A stretch of 64,000 nucleotides of DNA from Microcystaceae cyanobacterium (lineage in GTDB: Bacteria > Cyanobacteriota > Cyanobacteriia > Cyanobacteriales > Microcystaceae). The stretch covers positions 104,729-168,728 of the forward strand of contig JBGTGT010000098.1 in the NCBI GenBank assembly GCA_041746575.1. Reading direction: 5' to 3'. The position numbers were made by a program, and so were the translations under genes. Shown in pieces: positions 38,058 through 50,971 of this stretch (the stretch's first letter is position 1; every line of letters starts with the position of its first letter). Under the pieces are notes generated by a model. The model saw nothing but the letters and a program-made list of their open reading frames with translations. It was not told the DNA's origin and did not search any database.

Positions 38058-39047
38058 ATGGATTGGACAAGACGACATATTTTAAGCTTAAAAGACTGGC
38101 AACCACAAGAATACGAAATTGTGTTACAAACAGCCTCGAGTTTCCGTCAAGTGTTGGGGAGTCGTACCAAGAAAGTTCCGGCATTACAGGGACAAGTGGT
38201 GACAAATATGTTCTTTGAGCCTTCTACCCGTACCCGTAGCAGTTTTGAATTAGCGGCCAAGCGTCTTTCGGCAGATATTCTTAATTTTGCGCCCGGAACG
38301 TCTTCTTTGAGCAAAGGAGAAACCATTTTAGATACTGCCATCACTTATCTGTCCATGGGAACGAATATCATGGTCATTCGCCATCAACAGGCGGGTGTTC
38401 CCCAACAAGTAGCGATCGCGATGGATCAATTAGGGAGTGGGGTGAGTATTCTCAATGCTGGAGATGGACAGCATGAACACCCTTCCCAAGCGTTATTAGA
38501 CCTCTTTACCCTGTGTCGGACGTTTGATCAGGATAATCCCTCCTTGAGCTGTTTAGCCGGTAAAAAAATTGCTATTGTGGGAGATATTTTACATTCACGA
38601 GTTGCGCGTTCTAATATTTGGAGTTTAACGGCCGCTGGAGCAAACGTTCACCTTGCCGCACCGCCTACTTTACTTCCTCTGTTATTTAAGGGAATGGTTA
38701 ACCCCAATTATTCAGGAAAATTATATCTTCATTGGGAACTCGAACCGGCTTTAGAGCAAGCGGATTTTGTAATGACCTTACGTTTGCAAAAAGAACGGAT
38801 GACCGACCATCTTCTGCCCAGTTTACGGGAATATCATCAATATTTTGGTATTACTCGCCAGCGTCTTAGCTTATGTCAACCGCACGTTAAAGTGCTTCAT
38901 CCGGGGCCAGTAAATCGGGGTGTGGAAATTGCCTCAGATGTCATGGATGATCCTCATTTAAGCTTAATTCCTCAACAAGTTACCAGTGGGGTGGCGGTGC
39001 GTATGGCTTTATTGTATTTAATTGGCTTAACAAGCGTAAACGAATAA
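38058..39047 (+). CDS. pyrB: Aspartate carbamoyltransferase catalytic subunit
   Basis: [16 protein letters not shown] and HPGP motifs. Confidence 0.97.
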   Translation: MDWTRRHILSLKDWQPQEYEIVLQTASSFRQVLGSRTKKVPALQGQVVTNMFFEPSTRTRSSFELAAKRLSADILNFAPGTSSLSKGETILDTAITYLSMGTNIMVIRHQQAGVPQQVAIAMDQLGSGVSILNAGDGQHEHPSQALLDLFTLCRTFDQDNPSLSCLAGKKIAIVGDILHSRVARSNIWSLTAAGANVHLAAPPTLLPLLFKGMVNPNYSGKLYLHWELEPALEQADFVMTLRLQKERMTDHLLPSLREYHQYFGITRQRLSLCQPHVKVLHPGPVNRGVEIASDVMDDPHLSLIPQQVTSGVAVRMALLYLIGLTSVNE

Positions 39048-39098
39048 GGAGAGACAAAAGGCAATTCCTCACGTGGCTAACCAGAATTCAGGTTATTC

Positions 39099-39260
39099 GA
39101 CGTAAGTTCGACCATCAGAAAATCTACGAGTCTTCTTTATTTAATTTTTTTGTGCAGGGGGTTGCTAGTCCCCCATCAAGAATTTATTTTTCTTTTCCTA
39201 ATCCCAATAAACGAGAATGAACAAAAGGATTAAAATAATTGCCCTCGTCGAACTCACGTA
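39099..39260 (-). mobile_element. MITE-like element, copy 2 (inverted)
   Basis: Reverse-complement match to 9016-9180 including the internal sequence; ends GACGTAAGTTCGAC / GTCGAACTCACGTA. Confidence 0.8.
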
Positions 39261-39342
39261 ATTCGGTTAAATTTGGGTTCTTTATCACGAGACTCACGTT
39301 TATAATAGAAATAAAGAGAAGCGTATTAGAGGAGTTCCGACT

Positions 39343-40065
39343 TTGCCAACGTTAGGGGTTAATATCGACCATATCGCCACGATTCGCCAGGCTAGACGAA
39401 CGGTAGAACCTGATCCTGTAGCCGCAGCCGTTTTAGCAGAATTAGGGGGAGCAGATGGCATTACAGCGCATTTACGAGAAGATCGCCGCCATATTCAAGA
39501 TCGAGATATTCGTCTTTTGCGCCAAACCGTTCGCACCCATCTTAATCTCGAAATGGCACCCACCGATGAGATGATTGCCATTGCCTTAACGATTAAACCC
39601 AATTATGTCACTTTTGTTCCGGAAAGACGCGAAGAAGTCACCACAGAAGGAGGAATTGACGTAATGGGGAATTTTCGACGCTTTTGTGAGGTAGTAGAGC
39701 AACTACAAAGGGCAGATATTCCCGTCAGTTGGTTTATTGACGCAGATGCGGCGCAAATTGAGGCTTCTGCTAAGACAAAAGCTAAGTTTATTGAACTTCA
39801 TACTGGAAAATACGCTGATGCATCCGACGAAACTACCCGTTTACAAGAACTGAAGCAACTCAAACAAGGATGTGAACAAGCGATTTCTGTTGGATTAAGG
39901 GTAAATGCGGGTCATGGGTTAACTTATTGGAATGTACATCCTGTGGCAGGTTTACCGGGGATGGAGGAGTTAAATATTGGTCATACTATCATTAGTCGCG
40001 CCGCTTTAGTAGGGATGGAAAGGGCTGTCAAAGAGATGAAACAGGCGATTCGAGGGATATTGTAA
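39343..40065 (+). CDS. pdxJ: Pyridoxine 5'-phosphate synthase
   Basis: [27 protein letters not shown] and ELNIGH motifs. Confidence 0.97.
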   Translation: MPTLGVNIDHIATIRQARRTVEPDPVAAAVLAELGGADGITAHLREDRRHIQDRDIRLLRQTVRTHLNLEMAPTDEMIAIALTIKPNYVTFVPERREEVTTEGGIDVMGNFRRFCEVVEQLQRADIPVSWFIDADAAQIEASAKTKAKFIELHTGKYADASDETTRLQELKQLKQGCEQAISVGLRVNAGHGLTYWNVHPVAGLPGMEELNIGHTIISRAALVGMERAVKEMKQAIRGIL

Positions 40066-40197
40066 GCTGAAATTTGAATTTCTATCATCTAGATTTTAAG
40101 TCAGTAGAAATTCAGCTTTATGATAAGCTTTAAATCTTGAGCAGTTATCAATCATTGCCTTGAATAGGAGCATAACCGCAGTTATACCCCCTAAACC

Positions 40198-42201
<2,004 letters not shown>

Positions 42202-42405
42202 TTAAAGACTGCTTAGCGTAGGGCTAGTAAGGAAAATTTTTGGGGGATACAGCGTCAGTGACCCGTTAACTGGAATCCGTTGTCAGTAAACCGTCATTTT
42301 AACGCCTAAATCCGACCCCTATTTTTAAGTCTAGGAAGATCCACTTCTTAAAACGTTTAACTTTCCGAAAAGCAGTTGTCCATTTTTTCAGCGATCTTTG
42401 CCATT

Positions 42406-43503
42406 TTATTCAGGAATTTCGGCTATCGTTTCTAATTTTTCTGAGGAAACTTCCTTTTCTGTTTCTAGCGTTGTGCTGTAGCGTAAATCATCAACAATTT
42501 GCTTAATCACACTGGCAATGGGAACGGCTAAAAATAATCCTAGAATACCTCCTAGTTTACCGCCGATAAACAAAGAAATCAAGATCCAAATCGGGTTTAA
42601 GCCAATCAATTCACCCATTAAACGAGGGGCAATGACATTGTCAGTCACTTGGTCAATAATTAAAGCAGAAAGGAAGAATTTAATGCCTTGATCTACGCTA
42701 TTAAAACTGAGTAAAACAGAGCCAATAATGATAATGACAGCCGCTAAAAAAGGAACTAAACTGGCGATGCCAATGCCAAAAGCAAATAGCAAAGAATAAG
42801 GAATTCCGAAAATTACAAAAATTACTGCACGAAAGCCGCTAGCAATTAAAGCAAGTATAGCGCGACTAAAAAAATAGTCTTTAAACCGTTGATAAATATA
42901 AAAACGAACCCTTGCATTCCAAGGAGAAGGTAACCAACTAAAAAGTCCATCCCAAAAAGATTCCCCACCCGCTAATAAAAAAATGGTAAAAATAAAGATT
43001 ACTAACACATTAACTAAACTTGTAATTGTGCCGAAGGCAATATTTAAAGCTTGACCCCCTAGTGACTCTATACTCGCCGCTAATTTTTTGGTGGCTTCTG
43101 CTATTAGCGTATTAATATTAAGGGAGAATTTTTGAGCAAACGGTGTTGCTTGTAAGCTTTTGAGTTGCTGACTCGCTTGGCGAACCCAAGTAGGAGCATT
43201 TTGAATCAATTCGCTTAATTGATCAATCATGGTGGGGATGATAACGAGTCCTAACACTACCCCCAAAATCACGGCACTGAATAAGACTGTCGCGATCGCC
43301 AAACTTCGTCGAATGCCCCATTGTTCAAGAACCTTGATTAATAATTCCAGAAAAAAAGCCAGTAGGGTCGCAATAATTAGAAAACTAATGAGCGGTTGGC
43401 AATATTCAAGAAACACAACGAATAGCCAACCATTAAGACAGAAGAGAGGAAAGACTAGGGATAATTTTAACCATTTAGGAAGCTGATACAGCAGATCTAT
43501 CAT
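42406..43503 (-). CDS. AI-2E family transporter
   Basis: Multi-TM; C-terminal PRLMG...GL-x-P...GG-x-LGGILG-x-FLAVP. Confidence 0.88.
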   Translation of the reverse strand: MIDLLYQLPKWLKLSLVFPLFCLNGWLFVVFLEYCQPLISFLIIATLLAFFLELLIKVLEQWGIRRSLAIATVLFSAVILGVVLGLVIIPTMIDQLSELIQNAPTWVRQASQQLKSLQATPFAQKFSLNINTLIAEATKKLAASIESLGGQALNIAFGTITSLVNVLVIFIFTIFLLAGGESFWDGLFSWLPSPWNARVRFYIYQRFKDYFFSRAILALIASGFRAVIFVIFGIPYSLLFAFGIGIASLVPFLAAVIIIIGSVLLSFNSVDQGIKFFLSALIIDQVTDNVIAPRLMGELIGLNPIWILISLFIGGKLGGILGLFLAVPIASVIKQIVDDLRYSTTLETEKEVSSEKLETIAEIPE

Positions 43504-43602
43504 CGTTCTGTTGCCAAAAAAAGAAGAGGGATAGTTAAGCAGATGCTACTTAAGTTATCATCTCTTCTCGATGTTTAAGGTCAATTTATCGAATTTTTCA
43601 GT

Positions 43603-45144
43603 TTAAATTTCTCGGCTGGAGTGAATATCTACGCCACTGATGCTTGTGCCTTGAGTGCCAATTAAGACATCTGCTTCCTTGACGAAGCCATTATAGGCTT
43701 CCATGCCGTGTTCACCCACATCTAAACCTTCAAATTCTTCTTCTTGTGTTACGCGAATACCCAAGGTTGCTTTGAGGGTTGACCAGACAATCAGGCTAAA
43801 AGCAATAGTAAAGAGACCAACAGCAACAATACCGATAATTTGGTTGATTAACTGCTGAATCCCGCCACCGTAGAATAAACCCGTGGTTGTATTGAATAAA
43901 CCAACCGCTAACGTTCCCCACGTTCCATTAACAAGGTGAACAGAGATCGCCCCAACCGGATCATCAATGTGCATTTTGTCAAAGAAGGAAACGGCGTAGA
44001 CGACAATAATCCCAGCGATCGCTCCAATGATAAAGGCACCTCCATAGCTGACGCCATCACAACCGGCCGTAATGCCGACTAAACCTGCCAGAATCCCGTT
44101 AATAATCATGGTTAAGTCGGGTTTACCATCTTTAAACCAAGAAGTAAAGGTGGCAGTGATTCCACCAGCGGCGGCTGCCAAGTTAGTGGTCACAGCAATA
44201 TAAGGAACTGCCGTATCCGCCGCCAATTCAGACCCCGGATTGAAGCCAAACCAACCAATCCAAAGAATCAAACAGCCTAAGGTCGCAATACTGAGGTTAT
44301 GACCCGGAATAGCATTAATCCGTCCATTGGTATATTTGCCCATGCGAGGGCCGAGAATCCAAGCCCCGACTAAGGCCGCCCAACCCCCGACAGCATGAAC
44401 GACGGTTGAGCCTGCAAAATCTCGAAAGCCGCCATCTTCTCCTTGGAGGTTAAATAGCCAACCGCTACTACCCCAAACCCAATGTCCCGTAATCGGATAG
44501 GAAATGCCGACTAATAGAAGGCTAAAAATCAAGAAGTCGGTAAATTTGATTCGTTCTGCCACAGCCCCCGATACGATAGTAGCGGCAGTTCCAGCAAAAG
44601 CAACTTGGAATAGGAAGAAAACAGGAACGGGTAAGCCAGCAGGGAAAGGATCAAGTCCATAGGTGGCAGAATCCCCACTTAAGAACCAACCTCCGCCGCC
44701 CAATACGGAATTGTCGGGGTTGCCAAACATTAAGGAGTAACCAATTGCCCAAAAAGCAACCGTTGCTAGGGCAAAAACAATTAGGTTTTTCGCCAGAATA
44801 TTAACGGCATTCTTTTGACGACATAAGCCCGTTTCGAGCATTCCGAAACCCGCATTCATGAAAATGACGAGAATAGCGGCGACTAAAACCCAAATAGTAT
44901 TGAGATAGCCTTGTAGCGTTTCTACATCGGTGGCTGTTTCCGCCATAGTGGTCTTATCTTGGGCAACGACCGCACCATGCCACAAAACAACGATAAGCGC
45001 GGCAAGCGGAATACAAAGCAATAAAGGCGTAGAAAATTGTCTAGTAATGGCTTTTATGGCTTTAAAATAAGGAAAAATCCCTTTTTTTTCGTATTGCCTA
45101 CTCAAAGGCGAATTTTGTTCAGTTAAGGTTTTTGTTTTTGGCAT
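43603..45144 (-). CDS. amt: Ammonium transporter
   Basis: [21 protein letters not shown] and [10 protein letters not shown] motifs. Confidence 0.96.
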   Translation of the reverse strand: MPKTKTLTEQNSPLSRQYEKKGIFPYFKAIKAITRQFSTPLLLCIPLAALIVVLWHGAVVAQDKTTMAETATDVETLQGYLNTIWVLVAAILVIFMNAGFGMLETGLCRQKNAVNILAKNLIVFALATVAFWAIGYSLMFGNPDNSVLGGGGWFLSGDSATYGLDPFPAGLPVPVFFLFQVAFAGTAATIVSGAVAERIKFTDFLIFSLLLVGISYPITGHWVWGSSGWLFNLQGEDGGFRDFAGSTVVHAVGGWAALVGAWILGPRMGKYTNGRINAIPGHNLSIATLGCLILWIGWFGFNPGSELAADTAVPYIAVTTNLAAAAGGITATFTSWFKDGKPDLTMIINGILAGLVGITAGCDGVSYGGAFIIGAIAGIIVVYAVSFFDKMHIDDPVGAISVHLVNGTWGTLAVGLFNTTTGLFYGGGIQQLINQIIGIVAVGLFTIAFSLIVWSTLKATLGIRVTQEEEFEGLDVGEHGMEAYNGFVKEADVLIGTQGTSISGVDIHSSREI

Positions 45145-45453
45145 CTTTTTTTCGTAGTTTCAACATTTCAACAGTTAGGTTCGGTATGTAGAACTTAAGT
45201 TTTCCCAGAGCTATTTACTCATAACTTGAAGATAAAATTAGATAGTTATGGTAGAGATCAGTTTTAGAGATGACTTAGCCCTGAGTTGGGCAGAATTTAC
45301 GCCTCTAATGACTCTAGTGTGCCTAGAGATGTTTCTTAGTTCGATTCAGGATTTAAGGATACCTTAACCCGACTAAGGGGCAAGCACAATTTTAAATCGC
45401 CTCTGAACCGAGCCAAAGTCTCTAAATTGTTTATTTTTTCCTTAAAAGACTTC

Positions 45454-45469
45454 TGTAACTTGCGATACA
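45454..45469. promoter_or_regulatory. NtcA binding site upstream of amt
   Basis: TGTA-ACTTGCGA-TACA is a perfect GTA-N8-TAC, 310 nt upstream of amt. Confidence 0.8.
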
Positions 45470-45569
45470 TTTCACCCAATCTATAGCAAACTTTTAGATT
45501 AAAATCCGATTTGTCATAAACAGGGACCAGTCGCCTATCATTTTGACTTTTTTTGCTTAAAAAGACTGA

Positions 45570-46199
45570 TTATTCACTGATCACTGCATTATTATAAAGA
45601 CTCATTGCCTTTTCGACCCCTTCTTTTAAGCTCGTTTCGACTGCCTCAAGGGATAAGTCTAAAACCTTTGAGATGATTTTTTGTTCGGGTGGCGTAAACT
45701 TGCCTAGCACATGGGAAATTGTCTCTTTATCCGCCTTGGATTGGCCAATGCCGATTCTTAATCGAGGAAAATCGGGTGTTCCCAGATGAGAGATTAGGGA
45801 TTTCATACCATTATGCCCCCCTGCTGACCCAGACAGTCGCAAGCGTAACCGTCCGACGGGTAAATCCAGATCGTCGTAAATAACGAGAATGGACTGGGAA
45901 GATAGTTTATACCAGTCTAAAACGGCTCGGACGGATTGGCCTGAAAGATTCATATAGGTTAAGGGTTTCAACAAAAAACGCTTATTTCCGCTTTTTCCTG
46001 ATCCTTCTGCTATTAATCCTTGAAAACGACGGTGATTTTGCCAAGAAAGAAGCCAACGCTTCGACAAAAGATCAACCGCCGCAAAGCCAATATTGTGACG
46101 TGTATTTTCGTATTTGGGTTCAGGATTGCCGAGTCCCACAATTAACTGGGGAATAACCGCCGAATTTGCTTTTTTTTCGTCATTCAGTCGATGAGTCAT
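45570..46199 (-). CDS. pth: Peptidyl-tRNA hydrolase
   Basis: GLGNP, TRHNIG, KPLTYMN and GGHNG motifs. Confidence 0.96.
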   Translation of the reverse strand: MTHRLNDEKKANSAVIPQLIVGLGNPEPKYENTRHNIGFAAVDLLSKRWLLSWQNHRRFQGLIAEGSGKSGNKRFLLKPLTYMNLSGQSVRAVLDWYKLSSQSILVIYDDLDLPVGRLRLRLSGSAGGHNGMKSLISHLGTPDFPRLRIGIGQSKADKETISHVLGKFTPPEQKIISKVLDLSLEAVETSLKEGVEKAMSLYNNAVISE

Positions 46200-46437
46200 G
46201 CTGATGAAACAACGTTTCTAAATATACACGAGCGCAAGTCCGATAGTGTTCAGCGGATTGGGATAGGGGAACATTTTCCCGTTGTAAAAGAAATGAGGAG
46301 AGTGCCGCCACAAAAACCCGATCTAAATCCCAATTCGGATGATTTTCTAAGTAGTTGGTCAAGGAATCATGCAATTCTTCTGGAATGTCAGCTAATATGC
46401 TCACGGATGTCTTCATAGTTACCTCAAATAAACCCAC
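46180..46437 (-). CDS. DUF2811-family protein
   Basis: SILADIPEELH...YLE-x-HP-x-WD-x-x-RVF-x-AALS-x-FLLQ. True start may be the internal ATG (MKTSV). Confidence 0.8.
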   Translation of the reverse strand: MGLFEVTMKTSVSILADIPEELHDSLTNYLENHPNWDLDRVFVAALSSFLLQRENVPLSQSAEHYRTCARVYLETLFHQHDSSTE

Positions 46438-46683
46438 TGATTCTTCTCACCCGCTAACGTTCAAACGGGTTAATCGGACGTGGGTAAACTACATTTTGCT
46501 ATCTGGCTTTAGGCTTGTCAATGCTACGAAATGTTACAGAAATTGCCAGAAAGACAATCTTTGAACGAGAGAATAAGCCTTGTAGCCCATTTTTTGTTAC
46601 AAAACTTCAAATTATCTCCGTAGTGATTTCTTTGCTTAAATTAAGAAGCGCATATTCCCCACTGATTCGGCTTCATTATCCTT

Positions 46684-46769
46684 TGCGGAATTTTTCTGTG
46701 GAAAACTCCAATAAAGTTGTGGAAAACGTCGGAAAAGATTGGGGAATACTTGGGGAATGGATAGGAAAA
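46684..46769 (-). promoter_or_regulatory. Array of DnaA-box-like 9-mers
   Basis: Perfect TTTTCCACA (minus strand) at 46697-46705 and 46718-46726, plus degenerate copies at ~10-12 nt steps. Confidence 0.55.
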
Positions 46770-46850
46770 ATAGGGTCCAAAAAATAAGAATTACAAAGTT
46801 TGAACAATATGTAACAATTTACAGATAAACCCGCGAGTTTAAAGTACCTT

Positions 46851-47069
46851 ATGGCCAGTACAATAAAGAAAGGATCATTAGTCCATGTTGTTCGGGAACA
46901 ATTAGCGAATAGCCTTGAAGCGAAGGCAAGTGATAGTCGCTTTCCCGCCTATCTTTTTGACAGTAAAGGAGAAGTGGTCGACCTCAAAGAAGACTATGCG
47001 CTGGTGCGATTTTATGTTCCCACGCCGAACGTCTGGTTACGCATTGATCAGCTTGAATTAGCTGGATAA
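46851..47069 (+). CDS. ndhO: NAD(P)H-quinone oxidoreductase subunit O
   Basis: KKGSLV...[17 protein letters not shown]...PTPNVWLR. Confidence 0.93.
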   Translation: MASTIKKGSLVHVVREQLANSLEAKASDSRFPAYLFDSKGEVVDLKEDYALVRFYVPTPNVWLRIDQLELAG

Positions 47070-47239
47070 GCCAGTAAAACGTAATTTCTTCCCCGAAAAC
47101 AGAGATTCAGCTCAGCCGTAACCCAGTTAACCTTAAATCTCCTACCGCTACACAGAAGACAAACGTCAAGCATTGACAGCTCCCGATCTTTGATGTGTAG
47201 TGGAGTGAAATTGATTTCTAACGCCAAAATTTTCAAAAT

Positions 47240-48214
47240 ATGACTGAATCTCCTGCTTTTCTTCCCTGTAAATCTCCTAGAGTCTGCGTCATCGGTGCAG
47301 GTAACGTCGGAAGAACCCTAACTCAACGCATTGCTGAAAAAAAACTGGCAGATGTTGTTCTCGTTGATATTGTCGAAGGACTGCCTCAAGGGGTGGCGTT
47401 GGATTTAATGGAAGCACAAGGCTTAGAAGACCACGATTCCTTAATTTCGGGGACAAATCACTATGAGGAGACGGCTGGCTCTGATATCGTCGTGATTACG
47501 GCAGGTCGTCCCCGCAAACCCGGTATGAGTCGGGATGATCTGATTGGAATCAATGCCAAAATTGTGCATGAATCGGCTCAAAAAGCGATTAAATACTCTC
47601 CGAACGCCATTTTTATCATTATTACTAACCCCCTCGATGTGATGACCTATCTAGCGTGGAAAGCCACCGGTTTATCTCCTCGGCGAGTCATGGGAATGGC
47701 AGGGGTGTTAGACTCGTCTCGTTTACAAACTTTTATTGCCATGGAATTGAAAGCATCCACCGCCGATGTTAGTGCCATGGTGTTAGGGGGACATGGGGAT
47801 TTAATGTTACCTTTAGTGAGATATTGTACGGTTCGGGGTGTTCCAATTACAGAGTTAATGGATAATAACACCATTGACCGCTTAATCGAAAGAACCCGCA
47901 ATGGTGGCGCAGAAATCGTTAAATTGTTGCAAACAGGGGGTGCCTATTTTGCTCCGGCTTCTTCTGCCAGTTTGATGATTGAAGCCATCCTACGCAATCA
48001 ATCTCGATTATTACCGACAGCCGCTTATTTACAGGGAGAATATGGCTTAGATGACATTTTCTTAGGTGTTCCTTGTCGTTTAGGTTGTCAGGGGGTAGAA
48101 GGTATCTTAGAAGTGACGTTAACAGAAGCCGAAAAACAAGCACTTCGTACCTCTGCTGATTCAGTGCGGGACAATGTTAAGGTTGCCTTAAAAAGTGTTG
48201 GACTGTCATCATAA
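47240..48214 (+). CDS. mdh: Malate dehydrogenase
   Basis: GAGNVG, AG-x-PRKPGMSRDDL, LDSSR and GGHGD motifs. Confidence 0.95.
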   Translation: MTESPAFLPCKSPRVCVIGAGNVGRTLTQRIAEKKLADVVLVDIVEGLPQGVALDLMEAQGLEDHDSLISGTNHYEETAGSDIVVITAGRPRKPGMSRDDLIGINAKIVHESAQKAIKYSPNAIFIIITNPLDVMTYLAWKATGLSPRRVMGMAGVLDSSRLQTFIAMELKASTADVSAMVLGGHGDLMLPLVRYCTVRGVPITELMDNNTIDRLIERTRNGGAEIVKLLQTGGAYFAPASSASLMIEAILRNQSRLLPTAAYLQGEYGLDDIFLGVPCRLGCQGVEGILEVTLTEAEKQALRTSADSVRDNVKVALKSVGLSS

Positions 48215-48309
48215 TAAGGTTATTTATAGCGTAGGCAATTATACAAGCAGTCTCCATCATTCTTTGATTTGCTTACCTTGCTGTACAAAATTTAAAAGTC
48301 AAAATTAAA

Positions 48310-49551
48310 ATGTCACTTGAAAACGTGCTAAAACCTTATCAACGCTTTGGTGTTAATTTAGGGCTAGATCGCATTATAATCTTACTTGAATTATTAGGAA
48401 ATCCTCATCGTCAGGTCCCAATTATTCATGTAGCAGGAACCAATGGCAAGGGGTCAGTTTGTGCTTATTTAGCCTCCGTTTTACAGGAGGCTGGCTACAA
48501 AGTGGGGCGTTATACTTCTCCTCATTTGATCAATTGGACAGAACGAATTCAAATTAATCATTTCCCTATTCCAGAAACAGAATTTATCGACATTTTTAAT
48601 ACAGTTGAAGCTGTGATTCAAAATACAGAAGATCCCCCGACTTTATTTGAAATCGTAACCGCTATTGCTTGGTTATATTTTGCTCAATCAAAGGTCGATA
48701 TTGCTGTGATAGAAGTGGGGTTAGGGGGGCGATTAGATGCCACGAATGTCTGTGATAATTCTCTTGTTAGTGTAATAACTTCCATTAGTCGGGAGCATTG
48801 GCAAGTTTTAGGCAACACACTTTCAGAAATTGCCGCAGAAAAAGCAGGTATCCTTAAATTTAATTGTCCTGCTGTTATCGGCCAATTACCGCCCGAAGCA
48901 GAAGAAGTGATCAAACAAAAAATAGAAACATTACACTGTCCTACGATATGGGTAGAACCGGCTACAAGAATTGACGATAATTTAGCTGAATATAAACATA
49001 TTAAATACACTTTACCTCTTTTAGGCGATATTCAACTTATTAATTCTGCTTTGGCGATCGCGGCTTTATCCATTTTGCAACAACAAGGATGGCAGATTCC
49101 GACAACAGTAATTGAGCAAGGCATGGCAAAAACGCAATGGTTAGGGCGACTACAGTGGATAGATTATCAAAATAGACGCATTTTAGTAGACGGAGCGCAT
49201 AATCCGGCGGCAGCGCAGGGATTAGCACAATATGTTCATGGATTGAATCAACCTGTCACTTGGGTGATGGGAATGTTATCGACTAAAGATCATCGAGAAA
49301 TTTTACAGACCTTATTAAGAAAAGGAGATAATTTATATCTTGTTCCTGTTCCCGATCATAGTACCGCAAACCCTGAAGAATTAGCACAGTTAGCTTTAGA
49401 AATTTGTCCCTGTTTAGCCAAGATTAAAATCGATTGCGATGTTTTTTTTGCGTTAAAAGCGGCAATTCATGAGTCAAAAAATGACTTAATTGTTCTTTGT
49501 GGTTCTTTATATCTAGTTGGCTATTTTTTAAAACAGTTACCCCATAGATAA
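48310..49551 (+). CDS. folC: Folylpolyglutamate synthase / dihydrofolate synthase
   Basis: AGTNGKGS, EVGLGGRLDATN, DGAHN and GSLYL motifs. Confidence 0.96.
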   Translation: MSLENVLKPYQRFGVNLGLDRIIILLELLGNPHRQVPIIHVAGTNGKGSVCAYLASVLQEAGYKVGRYTSPHLINWTERIQINHFPIPETEFIDIFNTVEAVIQNTEDPPTLFEIVTAIAWLYFAQSKVDIAVIEVGLGGRLDATNVCDNSLVSVITSISREHWQVLGNTLSEIAAEKAGILKFNCPAVIGQLPPEAEEVIKQKIETLHCPTIWVEPATRIDDNLAEYKHIKYTLPLLGDIQLINSALAIAALSILQQQGWQIPTTVIEQGMAKTQWLGRLQWIDYQNRRILVDGAHNPAAAQGLAQYVHGLNQPVTWVMGMLSTKDHREILQTLLRKGDNLYLVPVPDHSTANPEELAQLALEICPCLAKIKIDCDVFFALKAAIHESKNDLIVLCGSLYLVGYFLKQLPHR

Positions 49552-49578
49552 AAAGTAGAACCCGTTTCTAACTTATGA

Positions 49579-49596
49579 GGTGCAAGGTTTGCGCCC
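49579..49596 (+). repeat. REP-like palindrome copy
   Basis: GGTGCAAGGTTTGCGCCC downstream of folC. Confidence 0.6.
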
Positions 49597-49667
49597 AGAA
49601 GTGTATGAGATTAATTCACAATTTGCTACAGGACGCGTGAAATCTCGATTATTATTAGTTGATAGAT

Positions 49668-49710
49668 AATGAAAAAAAGATGATAATACAATGATAAAAA
49701 AATGACAAAT
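49668..49710 (+). promoter_or_regulatory. Four ATGA-nAA direct repeats with 11-bp period (ManR-box-like)
   Basis: ATGA at 49669, 49680, 49691 and 49702, upstream of mntP. Confidence 0.55.
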
Positions 49711-49768
49711 TTTTTAACAAATATCCGAATATAATAATAAATATTTTAAGAAATTTTTGATAACGATT

Positions 49769-50329
49769 ATGGAACTCTTGACAACAGGCTTAATGTCTTT
49801 GGGGTTAGCAGCCGATGCCTTTGCTGTCTCTTTAACCAGTGGTTTTGCGATTCGTCATATTAAAGTACATAAAGCTCTAAAAATTGCCCTCTTCTTTGGT
49901 ATTTTTCAAGGAATTATGCCCTTGATTGGTTGGTTAACTGGATTAACCTTTCGGGAATTTCTCGCCAATTTTGACCATTGGATTGCTTTTATTTTATTAG
50001 CATTTATTGGCAGTAAGATGATTTATGAAGCGTTGTACGAAGATGAAGAAAAGCCTTTTAATCCTCTCGACTCTTATACCCTTTTATTATTAGCGATCGC
50101 CACCAGTATTGATGCCTTAGCGGCAGGTTTGGGCTTATCTGTTATTAAAATGTCTATTTTATTGGCTTGTACCATGATTGGAGTGATTACATTTTTAGTT
50201 TGCTTTATTGGCGTTTATTTAGGTCATCAATTTGGCAGTTTATTTAATCAAAAAATTGAAATTTTAGGCGGAATCACGCTTATTGGCGTTGGTTTTAAAA
50301 TTTTAATTGCCCATCTGAGAATGCCTTAA
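49769..50329 (+). CDS. mntP: Manganese efflux pump MntP family
   Basis: L-x-ADAFAVS, FQ-x-IMP and ATSIDAL motifs; 6 TM helices. Confidence 0.9.
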   Translation: MELLTTGLMSLGLAADAFAVSLTSGFAIRHIKVHKALKIALFFGIFQGIMPLIGWLTGLTFREFLANFDHWIAFILLAFIGSKMIYEALYEDEEKPFNPLDSYTLLLLAIATSIDALAAGLGLSVIKMSILLACTMIGVITFLVCFIGVYLGHQFGSLFNQKIEILGGITLIGVGFKILIAHLRMP

Positions 50330-50399
50330 GTTTTTACGCTTTGATCATTAGAGTGAAAAATAAGGTTATTGTAAGATAATAGAAGTTTTAGGAGGATTT

Positions 50400-50630
50400 A
50401 TGTCATCTTCATCCATCTGGAAGTATAAGCCTTGGTGGTGTCAGCCTTGGACAATTCTGCTAACAGGCATCAGTATTATTGGAGGAAGTTGGCTCATATT
50501 TCAGAAAATATGGCTAACGTCTCTTATTAGCTTGTTGATTATGCTGTGGTGGCTTTATTTTTTGATTTTAATGCCCTATTTGTTGAAAAAACAAGAAATA
50601 ATGGCAATATCTCAATTCGAGTCCAAGTGA
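50400..50630 (+). CDS. Small conserved membrane protein (DUF6737-like)
   Basis: W-x-YKPWWCQPW-x-ILLTG motif; RBS AGGAGG. Confidence 0.75.
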   Translation: MSSSSIWKYKPWWCQPWTILLTGISIIGGSWLIFQKIWLTSLISLLIMLWWLYFLILMPYLLKKQEIMAISQFESK

Positions 50631-50632
50631 GG

Positions 50633-50905
50633 TTATCTTAGATGATCAATCAGAGATAAATAATCTGTATAGGTTGCTTGTTGAATTTCTTGAGACGCTT
50701 GTTTAAGAGAAGGTATACCGACTAAGAAACTAAAACTCATTAATCCTAAAGTCGCTAAAGCTCCAATCCAGTAAAGCCATTGATTTTGAGGAGGGGGAGA
50801 ACTCACAGGAGATTCTATCTCAAGAATCATGCCTAAATCAGGATATTGAAAGCTTAGAGGAATATAAGAAGAAGTGTAAGCTTGTTTACGATAGATAAAG
50901 TTCAT
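50633..50905 (-). CDS. DUF4278-like protein with a TM segment
   Basis: N-terminus FIYRKQAYTSS is paralogous to the neighbouring gene. Confidence 0.55.
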   Translation of the reverse strand: MNFIYRKQAYTSSYIPLSFQYPDLGMILEIESPVSSPPPQNQWLYWIGALATLGLMSFSFLVGIPSLKQASQEIQQATYTDYLSLIDHLR

Positions 50906-50971
50906 GATGAAGACTCTAGTGTTGTTGAGGTTGAATAAAGAATCAAAGGCAGTAAAAGGAATTTCGGAAAT

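Noticed and set aside
46515..46787. 90-aa ORF between DUF2811 and ndhO
   Set aside because: No RBS or motifs; it runs across the regulatory DnaA-box-like array.
49597..49768. yybP-ykoY Mn riboswitch before mntP
   Set aside because: The region is extremely AT-rich with no four-way-junction stems or conserved loops.
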